Shown in pieces: positions 1 to 14,030 of a stretch of 64,000 bases of DNA; the stretch's first letter is position 1, and each line of letters begins with the position of its first letter. Made by a program: the position numbers and the translations under genes. The stretch spans positions 28,954,001 through 29,018,000 of the forward strand of contig NC_087259.1 of the NCBI RefSeq assembly GCF_037042905.1, read 5' to 3'. The stretch is from Lytechinus pictus (lineage: Eukaryota). A model generated the notes under the pieces. The model made no database searches and was not told the DNA's origin. It saw only the letters and a program-made list of their open reading frames with translations.

Positions 1-703
1 GCCAATCTAAAAGATAATTTATGCACTGACATGTCAACATACCAGGTTATTTGCATATTCGTTTTGCATATGTTTGCATATTTATCTTGTTCTTCTTTGG
101 AAGCCCTCCATTTATGGCTTCCTTAAGCTACAATGCTCAGAAGTGAAGCAAGCTAGATTGCTCGAATTCAGGCACAAGCCAGTGGTCATGCGCCAAGGCA
201 TGACCACCGCCCCTGCACTCCCCTTTGCATGCTAATACACATATATATGTTTAGTAAGGGGGTCTTTGAAGTAGAGTTGAGTGGCTTTTGAGCATCTTCT
301 GAGTAAAAAATTATTATTTAAGTGCCCCCCTGCATGTATGCATTTGATAGATTGTTCTTGTTTTTTGTACAAGTCTAGTACTAATTTGAATATCTTTGAT
401 AATGATAATAATAATAATACCAATATGCTTATGTAAAACCACTCCCAAATGCATCCCTATGTGCTCTATGAAGAGTGCAGAAAAGGAAAAGAGAGAAAAT
501 TGCTGGCATTTGTGGCACTTACTCATTTAAAATTCTTTTCAAATAAGTATTTTTTCAAGGTGGATTTAAACTTAGGTGTAGAAGAGTTCTTTACATATGA
601 TGGGGTGGTATTCTAAAGTGAAAAGGCAGCATGGGCAAAGGATTGTTCTCCATATGCTTGTCTTGTAAAAAATGGTTTTGCTTGCATGTATTTATCTTTA
701 CAG

Positions 704-3700
704 TGGTGTCAGCCTTCTGATAACCAACATGAGACAGTTGTCTGGAGGAACGCGAGTTGCCATGGCAACTTCTCAAGAACCCAGTATTCAGAAAAACATG
801 AAAACACCGGATATAGCAGAGAATGTTGGTAAGTAAACACAGAGTCAGGTGCTGTTTGTACACTGTAAATTCTATGGTGTTAGAAAAACATCAGTCAGTG
901 TTTACGACACATCCTTTACACCAAAAGAGTTTGAACATAGCACCAAATATTAAGGAGCAAGAAGTGTTATGATAAAACCAATGGATGTTGAACTAACACC
1001 ATGAATTCAACACTGGTGTAGAAATGCTGTTAACACTGGTGGGGTACTTTTAACACTAGAGTTTTTTGTTTTCAGTGTAATGCCACATTGATTAGAGTAT
1101 GATGAGCCAAATATGTGTTTCAATCACATTATCTGATGCTGAAATAGATAATTTACATTGATCATGGTCAGTGCTTGTAAAACATATTTTCAGGGCACAA
1201 TGAATATTGTGTGATATAGCTTTCTCTGTATGGTGTGTTGGAATGCACTATTGTTATTATTATCAATCAAGTTTGCTGTAGTTTTCATTTATATTGATTG
1301 ATTAATAGGAAATACAATCATATATTGGTCATATATATCATTAAATAATTAGCTCATATTATGGCACTTCATATTCTTAGCTATATAAGCAGTCTTGTTA
1401 AATACTCTTCATGCAGATGGAGTATTTCACAAATATTCATGTCTGTCTAAAAATTTGCTTTTAAATTCTCATTTGCAAGAGGTTAAAAAAAAACTGGCAT
1501 CACTAGATTCATCAAATCACACTCATGAGATGGCTTTGCTATATGTGCTCCCCCCCCCCAAAAAAAAAAAAAATAATAATAATAATAAAAATATCAAGTT
1601 GATACAAAGACCAGCTAAGATTTATAAAGGAATTTTTTTCTTGAAATTACCCCTAAAATTTTTCATTTATATTGCAGGTCAGATATCAAATTTCTGAAAC
1701 TCGACTGTATTTCAAAATTAAGATGCGAAACTATACACCAGTTTTACTTTGACCCCTCTCTGTGTTTAAAGTTTAAAGATATCATTTTCTCATGTATAAA
1801 GAAAAATATTCATTTTCAAAATAGTAAATAAGCTCCACTTGATAAGTCAGTGAACTCCTAGAGCAGTCACAAACTTTTATTGTAGAATAAATCATTCCTT
1901 AGAAACCACGAACTTGACAAATTGCCATGTGGCCCATGGGGTATACCTTGATACAAGGAATATAAAGGTTTACACTACTCCAAATTATCAAATTGAATGT
2001 AAGTAGCTTGGATGTTATAAAAGTTATTAGATTTTGTGGAAATACCAGCAGAAAAGTGAACAAGTACTATTGTAGAGATAGAGAAGTGCATCTGATATGT
2101 TTATGAATAATTTAGTGATGTGAACTATGATTTTCCGGTAATCATTTGATTTTGATTTTTTTCCTCAATATGACCGAAAGAAAAATGGACCAGTTGTAAT
2201 CAAAACGTGAGATTATCCAGAGATTTATTTAGAGCATTTAGACTGCTTTAAAAAAACATTAAATTGATGTGAAAGTATTTTGGCCAGCCAATTTTTTGGG
2301 GGGCTGGGCAAAGAGATGGTTCTTTGACCCCATCTGATAAAGACTTAATAATAATACCATGGTAACAGAACTCAATAGCCAATCAAAGTCAATGTTACCA
2401 GGGAAGTTGCTATTGTGGCTACTTAGAATTTAGTCTATTTCATATAACAAAAAATTATCAACAAGATAATTAAATTGAATGTTATAGATCTTATTTGTGA
2501 AACATTACACCAACAAAATTCAATGGTAAAATTTTAAAGATAGGCCTAAATTTCTCGAAAGGGGAGTCGATGTATGCCACTGATGTAATTTGGGGTGTAT
2601 TATATCACATTGTTTGCATTTGGTGAACTTTTATATTTTCTGGCACTTAATGTATGTACATTGACGAATGAAAATATGTTAAAGATTTCATAGGAAGTCT
2701 AGAAAGCAAGAAGAATGAAAATTCTTGATAGTTTGACTTAATGGGAAAGCGACTTGATTTTCTGTCTTTTATTGCATATTTAGAACTATGATTAACAAGG
2801 TTAGAGACATAAATATGTCTTAAGGATCTACCTAACAATGGAAGTCTACCACCCAAGATCCTAATGAGGAGCATTCACTATTCTGGTGTTCAGACTGTTG
2901 TGGAGAAGCTTGCCATTTCCAGCCATATGACAGCATTGTGTGTTGCCCATATTTGCATGGATCTGACCAATCATTCATTCAACAACAAAAAATCGATTCG
3001 ATTGAGGAAATGGTCCTTCCCCTCAGAAAACAGTCTTAACATTGGTTAGGTCATCCCCAATCATTGCTGCTATTACTTTCTCCTCTTAATTTATTTGACC
3101 CTTTTCCTTTGCATCTCTCTCACTCCTTCTCCTGTTTTGCTTTGTATATTTCCCATATCCTACATGCATTATTTTACTATAGTCTGCATGTAGTATTATT
3201 TGCCTTTGTATAGGATATGTGTATGAAATGATGTATACCTGTTTATCATACAGAGGGCCTACTTCTAAAGGAGTCACCATGTCAGCATGTGATGACCCCG
3301 CATCCCAGCGTTGCCGAGCGACCAACCAGGTTCATGGATGTAGGGGATACATTCACCTTCCATATCTCTGCAAGCTATGTGGGAGAGAGTAAGTTTACAT
3401 CCCGTCTTACAAAGAATTGCATTTGATCCGATCAACCACCTATGAAAAGCAAGCAATGTCAACATCTAAAATACATGGTTGTTCAAAATATTTTCTAGAT
3501 ACGATGTATATCCATGCATTCGTGGTTTACTTGAAATTCAGAATGCTTCTCTTTGTTTGTTTGTTGTTTCTTTGTTATTTCCTGAAGGAAAAATAATGAC
3601 ATTGATTATCACTGACAGCTGATATCTTGTTATACTGAAATCTTGTAATTATCACTGACAGCTGATATCTTGTTATTCTGAAATCTTGTAATTATCACTG

Positions 3701-6700
3701 ACAGCTTATATCTTGTTATACTGAAATCTTGTATATGAATAAAAGATAGACATGCTTATTTTGATGTGAAAAAAAGAAGAAATTCTAATCGTGAAATGAA
3801 CTGAAATAAAATATTTTTTTACAAATTGTAACCCAGAAGGAAAAACCAGTTCCACTGGACCAGTAGAATTTTAACTGGTAACTCTGGAAATTGGAATATC
3901 GGTTTACTGGTCTAACTGGTCATGCTGGTCCAGTTAAAATTTTACTGGTCCAGTTAAAAATTAAACTGGTCTTGAATTACTGGAATTTTATACTGGTCTG
4001 GTGGCTGTTACTGGTCTCACTGGTCTTCATACTGGTGTCCAATTCAAGCTGGTCTTTACTGGTATTTTTTTACTGGTCTGACTGGTCCTCGAACTGGTCC
4101 TCGTATACTGGTCTTACTGGATCAATTTATTACATGCATTTGGTTTGTTATATACCATGGTCAGTGAAATGTGCTGGAAAAGATGGTTAGTAAATTAATC
4201 TTTCTGTTATTTTAAATGTGATATATGAAATTACACATTTTCATTGTGAATTAGTTCACACAATTATTTGGAAAGTTTTTAAATAACAATGAGTGCCATT
4301 GCAAGGATATTCCATTCTAAATCCTGATTTTTCTTTTTAAAATAGGAAATATGCAAATGAGGTAAACCACGTGATCAGCATCGTCAGAATTACTGGTATT
4401 ACTGGTCTTGACCAGTTCAATTTCAAACAATGAATTACTTTAGACCAGTTGACTATATCAGAGGAATATATCTTGCTTTGATCTTAATCATAATTAAAGG
4501 AAATAATTATTTTAATGGTAATGTTAATACTTGATCATTATGATAATATTAATAATAATCATTACAATATCAGTAACAATGATAACAGTAATAAGAATGA
4601 TAACAACAATGATCATAATAATCATAATAATTATGATAATTATAAGAAGAATGATGATAACAACGATAACGATAATAACTTTCTCTGAATTGCAAGATTC
4701 ATTTTCCATAATTCGTCAAATGATCTGACTTGAAATAAAGTCATTATTTATTGGACCAGTAACACCAGTTTGATGAAAAACAATTTAACTGGTACTTTGC
4801 TTCAACTAGAATGCAATTGTTTGAACTGGTCTCCAGTTGATTTTTACTGGTCCAGTAAACATATACTGGAAACCAGTAAAAATCTACTGGAAACCATTTA
4901 TTGGACCAGAAAAACAAGTTTGATGAAAAACAATTTAACTGGTATTACTAATTGCTTCAACTGGAATGCAATTGTTGGAACTGGTCTCCAGTTGATTTTT
5001 ACTGGTCCAGTTAAAAATCGACTGGTCCAGTAAACATATACTGGAAACCAGTAAAAATCTACTGGAAACCATTTATTGGACCAGAAAAACAAGTTTGATG
5101 AAAAACAATTTAACTGGTATTACTAATTGCTTCAACTGGAATGCAATTGTTGGAACTGGTCTCCAGTTGATTTTTACTGGTCCACTTAAAAATCAACTGG
5201 CCTAGTAAAAATATACTGGAAACCAGTAAAATTCCACTGGAAACCAGTAAAAATTCTTACTGGCCTTATTTTTTTTTTCCTACTGGAAATGGTGCAATTT
5301 TCATAGACCTTTTGTCAACCAGAAAATAGTTATTCTTGTACAAAGTTTATGTGAAAGTGAGTATTGAGAAGTTAACAGGTTAAGTTATTTCACAGTTGTC
5401 ATTATTTTTCACCTAGTACTGATTCACAAGCATATATTTTCAATTTCTTTATTGAAATATATCTGTTCTGATGAGTTCACATTCTGACAAGCTGTAATAT
5501 TAATTACCTAACAAGAGGTGGCAGTATTGCAATTTTGCTGCAGAATAACTTGGACTTCATCAACTTTTGGATTTACCATGGGATGACATTCAACTGTTTG
5601 TTGTTTTTTATACACTTGTGACCACATGATCATGATTATTCAAACCACCAATAAATGTGTTATTTTATTCAATTAAACATAAAAAAATTATTTCCACATT
5701 CCCTTGTGAATTAGACCCTCTAAACAAGTGTAACCCTTATAAAATACTGTGAATCAGGGAAATGTTGTAGGTGCGTCAAAGTCCAGATCAATTTAGGGGA
5801 AAATATACCCTACATGTATATGTGATGTAGTTTGAGGCCATATTATTGGTGTACAAAGCAGCTCATTCTAGAAGATTTTCAGACTTTTGACATCTCTGAC
5901 AATAGTAAGGATGTCTTACATTAACTTAACACCTAAGAACATGTTCCAATGGTGTGTAAAGTCATACATAACTTTACAATGAGCTTTGTGAAAAACCACC
6001 CTCTGTACAAAGCCAATGAGAATGACAGAAATCAGTAATAAACTGGGTCAGTCTGACTGTTGATTTGTTCTTATATGTGTTTTTTTCTTATAGTTCGTCA
6101 GACTGAGAAGGCTATGTTATCGGTACAAGTGACCAATCCATATCTGATCCATGTTCAGATCATACGTACATATAACAGATACGGCATGGAAACAGCTATC
6201 ATCACAGTTACTCACAAAATACACAATAAAGTAAGTTTGCTTAACAAGGACAACCACTGTTACCATATTGCATTTTGTTTCTGGAGTATTAGTTCTATAT
6301 ATTTTTTTGCACAATATATACAAAGGACTTGCGTTAGAGACTCTTGCTATTTTGGTTGTCTAGCATATTCATAAAATTGTCAAGATAGACAAGTATGTAA
6401 AAGATGTTGAAATCTATTCATGTTTTATCTAATATGGAGAACCTTTTGAGAATGTTTGAGAATCTTCGAAGAACCTTTTTGAGAAGTGCCGCGCCATGTC
6501 TCGAGAACCAGCTCCCCCGCTGTATCAGTGACTCTTCATCTCTGAGTTTTCCAACGGTCATTAAAGACATTTCTGTTTAATAGTTAATTGTCCTTTGTAA
6601 TTGTCATTCATAATTTTCTATGATTAATTGCTTCTTCGTACACCGCTGTGATACAGTCAATGTGAAGAGCACCAAATAAATACCAATGTTGTATTGTATT

Positions 6701-9700
6701 TTATTTGTTTTCCCCAATAGGAAATATCCTTTAATATTAAAGTGCATACAACTGCAATACATCGCAGAATGATGCACATTGAAAATATATGTAATATACA
6801 CGATAAACACTACCAGCTTATTTTCATCTATTTATTTAGGGAATATCATGGTATTTTATCATACCATATTTTATCATATCTATGGTGATTTGATAAGTAC
6901 CTATCAGCCTCTGTCCATTGTGACACTGGCTCCTCATTTATATCTTTTATTTTTTCAGGATATAACAGCTATCTTGATAAGTATCCCATCAGCCTCTGTC
7001 CATTGTGACGATCTCCTTTTATTTATATCTTTTATTTTTCAGGGTAAAACAGCCATCTTGATAAGTATCCCATCAGCCTCTGTCCATTGTGACTCTGTCT
7101 CCTTATTTGTATCTTCTTCTTTTTTTCAGGAAAAGGCTATCTTGATAAGTATCCCATCGGCCTCTGTCCGTTGTGACTCTCTCTCTCTTTATTTATATCT
7201 TTTCTTTTTCAGGGTATTACAGCTATATTGATAAGTATCCCTTCAGCCTCTCTTCGTTGTAACTCTGTCTCCTTCACATTGACCATACATTGTACCTGTC
7301 CATTGACAAAGAGACTTCATTTTGTCTATGATCCACCTGTCACGGCACAAGAATACCTCTATGGCTCACCAGTCAACAGAAAGAACCAGTCCCTTCTTGC
7401 TACCTTAGGTGTAAGTCACTCATTTGTATTTTAAAAATTGGGATGAATCCTTGATTTGATTAATTTTATTTACTGGCAAAAAATTAGCCTTGGTCAGCAG
7501 CTGGCTATTTTACAGAGTGGCTGAGCATTAAAAACTTTACAAAACAAAATACAAATAAATCATAACAAAGTATACATAGTAAAACAAAACATATACTTGG
7601 GTTGTATTTTCATAACCAAACCCTTGGGTTATATCCAGATTTACTAAGGATTGTAGTGCACATTTTCTAAAGAATTCTGGTTTCCTCTTCCTTATTCATG
7701 TTTAGGGTAATGTACCTATGAATTCACTTGTCAACGGCGCATGAGCTTGACACTCCACATTATCAAAAGAAATAAATGTAGTACCTCTACAGTGATATTT
7801 ATTGCATATTCTCACTCTAAACTTATATTTATGTAACAGAATAAACTAAGAACCCCATTCGAGAACATTTTTGTTTTCAAATCTTTTTCTTGAATCTCCA
7901 ACCTCTTACCTATAGCGAATGTTGATATTGGAGGTTTGAGTATGCAAATATCAGATGAGAGAAAGATATTGCTAGACTTACCTGGTTTTCAAAAGGGTTT
8001 TAAAGATATTGCTAATCTAAGACCATGTTACATATCAGTGTGTTGCCTGTGTAATAAAAACAATACTTAATGATACAGAAATTAATCACTCAATATAATG
8101 CAATAGTTTTTATTATTGCTTCCCTCAGGTAAACTATAGACCACCATCGGGAATGGGTATCGCTGTTCCACTTACCAAAAACATGTACAATGCTGACCCT
8201 AGTCAACCTAGACGCAACGACCGTTATCAAGTATCAAAGGTATGTATTCAATTTGTCATGACTTGAATTTTGTATGTTTGAATGTTAAAATTGCAGAAAT
8301 GCACACACGATAAAAAAAAAAGCACTCTCTGTGTGGGGGCCACATAGTTATGTGTATGTGGGGGTGTTTGTCTGTTTGCCATCGCTTTTAATGATTTCTT
8401 ATCAGTGGTCAAATGTGTAATGTGTTTCATGAGCGAACGGAAAGTTTGTAATTTCATACTATTTTCGATGGGGGCATTATAGTGGATACGAATCTTGTCT
8501 TTAAATCAGAGGGACGTGGGTTCGAATCCCAGCCATGGCATGTTTTCCTTCAAGAAATTTATCCACTTTGTGCTGCACTTGACCCAGGTGAGGAGAATGG
8601 TTACCCGGCAGGATTAATTCCTTGAATGCACCAAGCGCCTTTAGCAGCTGGAGCTAAAGCCGGGGTAATTTTGAATAGGCAACAAGATAATCGGCGCCTC
8701 ATTATTAACTGCAAAAATGCAAAACATGTTGAAACATGCACAAGCAAAATACCTTATGTCAAATATTAGAAATCATGGATTAGATTATATTACATTAAAA
8801 TTTGTGCAAATGTTCAGAACGTAATCAAATATTGAATTTTGTAAGAATCTAATTTTCCCTTGATCAACTCTGGTACACAAATCATAAGATGGGCAAATTG
8901 GAGAAACTTGTTCTGTCTTCTATTTCTAACACAAACCATTCATGAGTTTTATGATTTATATTGCACTTTAACCAATATTTTCATAGATTTGAATCTGATA
9001 CTGGGCTTCTGAAAATCATCTCAGCAGGAGAGTGGCATGGTACATCAAAGACGTGTGTTGCGATTCCATTTCTTGAGCTTGTGAACCCATGAATGTGATT
9101 TGGATAAATTACAAGAGTTACAGCTCCTTCTTAACAACATCCTGGTCAGGCCTCTTCCTTGCAGTTACAAAGTTATGCACACTTACTCCGCTTCAGGATT
9201 GCAATTAAAAAAAATTCTTTTAAATTTTCTATTTCAATATGGTTTAAATTGTTGAAAAAACTACTATTTCTTGATTATTACTGTTCTACAGGAAAGTGGT
9301 TTTTACAAGCAGTGTGCAGGCAAGAAGACTAGAGAGGAATGTGAGTGTACCGAGGAGATGAGATTATCATCTTTGGAACTCTTCACAGACTGCAGAGAAA
9401 AGGTGAGAAAAGATGACATACTCTAACAAGTAATAGCTGCACATATATAATTCCAGCTTAGAGTATGATAAAGTTTCCTAAAAAGTACAAGCAGGCAGAT
9501 TTGAATTTGCAACACAACTTCTGTTACAGTTATTTGACAAAAGCATTGTTTACACTTGCTACAGAAAAGCTTTTTTTTCTTGCACACAGTATTTTTGGCA
9601 AGGTAAAGCCATCACAGGAGCAGCTTTGCAAATATAAAGCTGCCTTTTTATTACCTACTTTATATCACTGTTGTATAGTAAATACTAGATTACATGTTAT

Positions 9701-10063
9701 TACTGATATTCCCAATTTCTATATGTCATTTTCTGTATTTCAATATCAATATTAAGACATTATTGATGTGACCTGTAAAAAAGGGGTATTAAAGTGAAAT
9801 GAACAAACACCTCGATCCCCCCCCCCAAAAAAAAAAGGGAGAGTAAATGTAATTTAGATGTGCAAGAACTATGAAGTAGAACTTTGTTCACTGCGGATTT
9901 ATTGCAACACCCATTTATTTATTTAACTTTTTATCATTCGTACATATTTTCTTCTCAATCACTATGAGGCAGTGTTGTTTTCTTTATGTTTCACTGTTTG
10001 CATATGTACTGGGCATATTTTGTAAGATCATTTTTAATAATGCCAATTGATTGTGGTGATGAT

Positions 10064-10096
<33 letters not shown>

Positions 10097-13000
10097 ATTA
10101 TTATAATTGACTCCATCAGGTATATCGCATCACGTACACAGAGGCCCTGTACCCACGTCTTGTTATCAGCGAAAGGGGTAAAAAAGATCAAGTCTTATCT
10201 GACCCTTACATACTTACCATCATCGAAGTTAACAACAGGGATGATTTCCTCATTGAAGGTATGAAATCTGAGAAAACATATGCTTATTCAATCCTTTTTG
10301 TTTTGCATAGTGTGAATATAGTTTATCCACACTTTGACTGACTGAATAAAGACAATTTGATTGGAGTGAACCCTGCTGGAAATGCAACAGTATCCCACAG
10401 TGCATTAATAGTGTGGTCACAGTGTGATCACATTTTGTTCACAGTGTGGTCACAGTGGGTGATTTCAAGGTCAGTGTTGACCTTTTGGTGTTGGTGTCAG
10501 GTCAATGTTTACATGAGTAAAACACCAAACATACCATAAAGATAATTCTGAAAAGTCACTCTCTAGTTGTTGAGCTGTCAATATTGTGATCTGGATTATT
10601 TGTGTAAACTCAGAATAGGTTTTGGAGCTGGGAAATGCAATCCAAATTGCGCTTCCAACACCAACACCGGGCTTGAAATCACCCAGTGTTGAACACAACT
10701 CGAAATCATATTCACACTGTGAAAATGGCTCAAATTTCACAATGTGAATCTTGTATTCACAGAGTCCACTTTGTGAACACACTAAGCACCCACACTTCAG
10801 TGATGTTCAGTGTGTGATTATCTTTACATTGTTGAGCATTTTGGGGAATCACATCTTCACAAATCATAGTCCATTATGTAAACACACTGTGTGACAAACT
10901 GTGCAGCACAGACCTTTCCAGTAGGGAAATGTTATTGTTCCTCTATCAAACAGATAATTGTAAGGTAGTAAAGAATAGGTTGACTTTCCCTCAATTCCTA
11001 CTTCCACAGCTCTTTAGCAGTGATCATTTGGTACATTGCAGATATTTCCAAACTGCAAAGCAAACTATTTCCTTACATTTCAAGTAATGCTCATAAAGAT
11101 AAGCTTGGGTGCCTACACTCATTTATTGTAATGAAAAACCTCTCATACAAGTATTGGGAGCCTTGAAATTCACTAAATTGAAAGCTATTTTATATATATA
11201 CTCATGATTAAAACAATTGAAATGCATCATAAACAAGCTTTCGTTGTCTCTTTTGTAATATACTGTATTTATATAGCTGCCCGGGTGGAGTACATGCCAG
11301 AGATTGCTGAGATTGTTGGTATTACTATCACACAGCTTCACAGTCCTAATCAACTTGTCATAAAATTCCTTGTAAGTAATAAAGGTTTACTCTGACATGG
11401 ACCCTATAACATGAAACATAGTATCAATCATGTCAAGTCAACTGTCAGCTCATTGCAAGTCATGTAAAAAAAACAGTTTTGATCGTTTGTAAATATTGAT
11501 TGAATCTCTGTGTGACACTCCCATGGTGTCATAAACTAATAAAATAAAGTTCAATGATATCTGTTGCAAAGGCATGGCAATTGTTTTGTGTTTCCTTGCT
11601 ACATAAAGCTGTGGCGCAGTAACATCATTATGTAGCTCACAATCTATAGAAGAATTAAAAGTACAAAATAATACTGCTCTGCATTCAATCTCCATGTCAT
11701 TTTCATCAAACTTTGTACATAATATGAGGAAACTATAGTAAATAGAAGGATGTTCAGAAACGTGTTTGATGGAGGCCATTCATTGTATGATAAGTCAACC
11801 AGAAGAGGGCAGGCTCACAAAGAATTCAGTATACCTGGAAGTAATGCATAGCACCAATGATAACACACATAATATATAGCCACTTTGATAAATATGTGGT
11901 CATGCACTGCCCCTTGACATGATAAGACCAATGTCATGATATGTTTTATAAAGGAGGCAAATGGGAATTCAAATGTGACTTTAAGACACACTTAACTCTT
12001 TAGTGATGAGTGAAACATCCCATTTCTTTTGTGTGTGGGAATCTATCAATAGTTTCATATCAGACTAAGATAACATATTGATATTATACAACACTTACCG
12101 AAAAATTGTATTTTACCAGCAAACTTTGGATGCTGTGAGGATCTTCTTTATTGACTTTCAAATCCTTGATTCCTGTTCAAAGAGGGATATTCTTTATTAT
12201 ATTCAGTGATATAAAAATGCTGTACCAATTGTACTCATATCTAATAGTAAGTTAGTCTTATATTGTATACAGACTTAAATTTTGTACTATCGCACTCCTG
12301 TCTAAATTTGTATTTGAATATTGTTTAATACTTCAGGCTAGAGATTTATGGTTTGTCCAATGGCATTTTGGTTTTTCAGTATACATAGTTATAGTTATTA
12401 GATCGCACCCATGTCTAATCCCTATATGATCACTGTTTTATACTTCAGGCTACAGAGCTATACCATTTCAGAATGACTGTGATTGATGGTTTCTCATACT
12501 GTATCCTGGAAGATGAATTTCAGGTAAGTTAATGAACTCTCCACTTTAAAGGGGACCTAAAGCTTTAAATAAAGTTGTTTTAATAAATAGAATATTAAGT
12601 TATATGAATTTTCCTTCAGCAAAAAATTTACCAATGTTGTGCTGCACTCAACCCAGGTGAAGTGAATGGGTACCGTAATTCCTCAAAAAGCTGTGAGCTC
12701 TGGAATCGGTAGACTAGCTTAGCCGGGGTAATGTAAAAGCGTCTTGAGCACCTAACAAGGTGGATTCGTGCGCTATACAAATACCCAATATTATTATTAT
12801 TACTTAACACATTAAAGTAAATAATTATATACAGTGAAACTGTCTATCCTCTCACACCATATACCTCTTTCTGAATTTTGCTAACACCAACTGATTTGCA
12901 ATCTTTGGTGTAATCTGCCCTTTTCCACCCTCATGTACAAACTGTCCCTCTTCCATACCAAGAACAATCATTGAAATACTGTTTTATTAATCTGTTAAAC

Positions 13001-13359
13001 TAGATAAGATCCCTTTGATTGAACTTAGTGTAATGTGAGCAGATGTAGATCCAGTATTTACTCAAAGGAGGCCCGAACAGGGGGACGAGGGGGGCACAGT
13101 CCGTTCAACCCCTTGGGTTCTCCTTTATATTTAAGTTACTCCCAAGTCACCTACCTGTTCTCACAGGGCTTGTTCTTTTCAATCATTCTGCTAGATCTTT
13201 GTGGACAGAGCGCCTCTACCGGGGTTATCTCAGATGATCATCTTTGCTACAGTCAGTGTTCTGATGGGAGCTGCAGTATTTATCATCTACCTCAAACACA
13301 TCAGAAAAACACATATCCACCGAACTCGATCCAATATGGCACTGTTTGAAGGAAATTGA
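704..13359 (+). CDS. CATSPERB: Cation channel sperm-associated auxiliary subunit beta, 3' portion (9 exons; 5' end outside window)
   Basis: AG/GT-bounded exons with compatible phases: 704-828, 6094-6230, 7213-7410, 8129-8239, 9292-9402, 10120-10258, 11277-11371, 12449-12523, 13195-13359 (TGA). The spliced protein contains VNYRPPSGMGIAVPLTKNMYNADPSQPRRN, FYKQCAGKKTREECEC..FTDCREK, PYILTIIEVN, ELYHFRMTVIDGFSYCILEDEFQIFVDRAPLP and a C-terminal TM helix. These match the order of the CatSper-beta C-terminal motifs as I recall them. AATAAA at 13389. Confidence 0.9.
861..1077. mobile_element. Small MITE with CACTG...CAGTG ends
   Basis: TA-CACTGTAAA ... TTTTCAGTG-TA, with internal ACACC/GGTGT repeats. 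Confidence 0.55.
3400..3590 (+). repeat. Dispersed MITE-like repeat fragment (second copy about 20918-21183)
   Basis: Both sites share the colinear sequence GTCTTACAAA..ATCAACCAC..CATCTAAAATA..TTTTCTAGATA. Confidence 0.6.
3605..3733. repeat. Tandem repeat, 43 bp x 3
   Basis: ATTATCACTGACAGCTGATATCTTGTTATACTGAAATCTTGTA repeated three times with single mismatches. Confidence 0.95.
3831..5248. mobile_element. ACTGG/CCAGT-rich non-autonomous element with internal tandem duplications
   Basis: Imperfect inverted ends CCAGAAGGAAAAA / TTTTTCCTACTGG, dozens of ACTGG pentamers, 150-175 bp tandem units starting at 4771, 4921 and 5096, and an (ATN)n microsatellite at 4520-4680. Confidence 0.6.
6890..7275 (+). 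repeat. Tandem 83-87 bp repeat of a CATSPERB intron/exon boundary
   Basis: About 4.5 units, each with a pyrimidine tract, CAG and the exon start. AG acceptors end at 6958, 7042, 7129 and 7212. Confidence 0.9.
8470..8670 (+). mobile_element. tRNA-derived SINE (related pieces at about 12640-12800, 24320-24480 minus, 45030-45240, 58000-58110 minus)
   Basis: Pol III B-box GGTTCGAATCC followed by the shared core GCTGCACT..GACCCAGGTGA..AATGG.TACC..AGCCGGGGTAAT. Other copies have (ATT)n tails. Confidence 0.7.
10371..10925. mobile_element. MITE with CCCTGCTGGAAA / TTTCCAGTAGGG TIRs
   Basis: 12-bp imperfect TIRs flanked by AA, with internal CACAGTGTG repeats. Confidence 0.6.
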
Positions 13360-13388
13360 ACCCTATTGTCCATGACTGCAATTGTGAA

Positions 13389-13394
13389 AATAAA
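13389..13394 (+). terminator. Polyadenylation signal of CATSPERB
   Basis: AATAAA 30 nt after the stop codon, followed by a GT/T-rich stretch. Confidence 0.55.
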
Positions 13395-13439
13395 GTGTTT
13401 TTTAATCATCTTGATTTTGCCAACAAATTCACAATACTC

Positions 13440-14030
13440 AGGGGGTGTTACAAAAGTGTGACTAAAAGTTGAACGTTACCCTGAGGTAAAGTATGTGCGG
13501 ATTATAAAATAGGTGTATTATATCAAGCATCGCGATTGGCCAATACGCGTCACATGACATCCAACTTTTTTTGTGCACTGCACGGCTGTGCAAAAGGTGC
13601 GCAACGAAAATTGACATTGCACGCTCAAGCAAACCAGTGTGGTAGAAGTCCAACAAAACTGTACTGTAACTTTTAAAAAAATTGTTTCTGTGTTGCTATT
13701 TTATAAAACAAATAATGCACTTGCTCTGTCGTGCGTAAAAGTAAATGCAGAGAAAGCTCGGTTTCTTCAGATGGAGCACACTGGGCACTCGCCGCCAGCG
13801 GCTCGTGCACAGTGCGGCACCTATCTAAAGAAACCTCGCATGCTCTGCATTTCCACTAACGCACTCGGCTGCATGCATTATTTGTATAATATAACATGTC
13901 ACTGCATTGGTCAAATCATTATTATTATTATCCACCAGGTTGCACGTTAGATAAGATGTGCGCGATAGCATTTAATAAGCATGACTCTAAGTCACATTTA
14001 TCCTTTTGTGAAATGCCCCCCCCCCCCCAG
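13440..14030. mobile_element. MITE downstream of CATSPERB
   Basis: Imperfect inverted ends GGGGGTGTTACAAAAG..GTGACT / AGTCAC..CTTTTGTGAAATGCCCCC and a CpG-rich interior. Confidence 0.5.

Noticed and set aside
4524-4728. Ile/Met-rich hydrophobic ORFs
   Set aside because: (ATN)n microsatellite.
6094-6230. Alternative frame with two TGA codons (selenoprotein or recoding)
   Set aside because: The phase-compatible CATSPERB frame is open, and no SECIS was recognised.
8500-8540. tRNA gene suggested by GGTTCGAATCCC
   Set aside because: No cloverleaf, and it continues into a SINE core.
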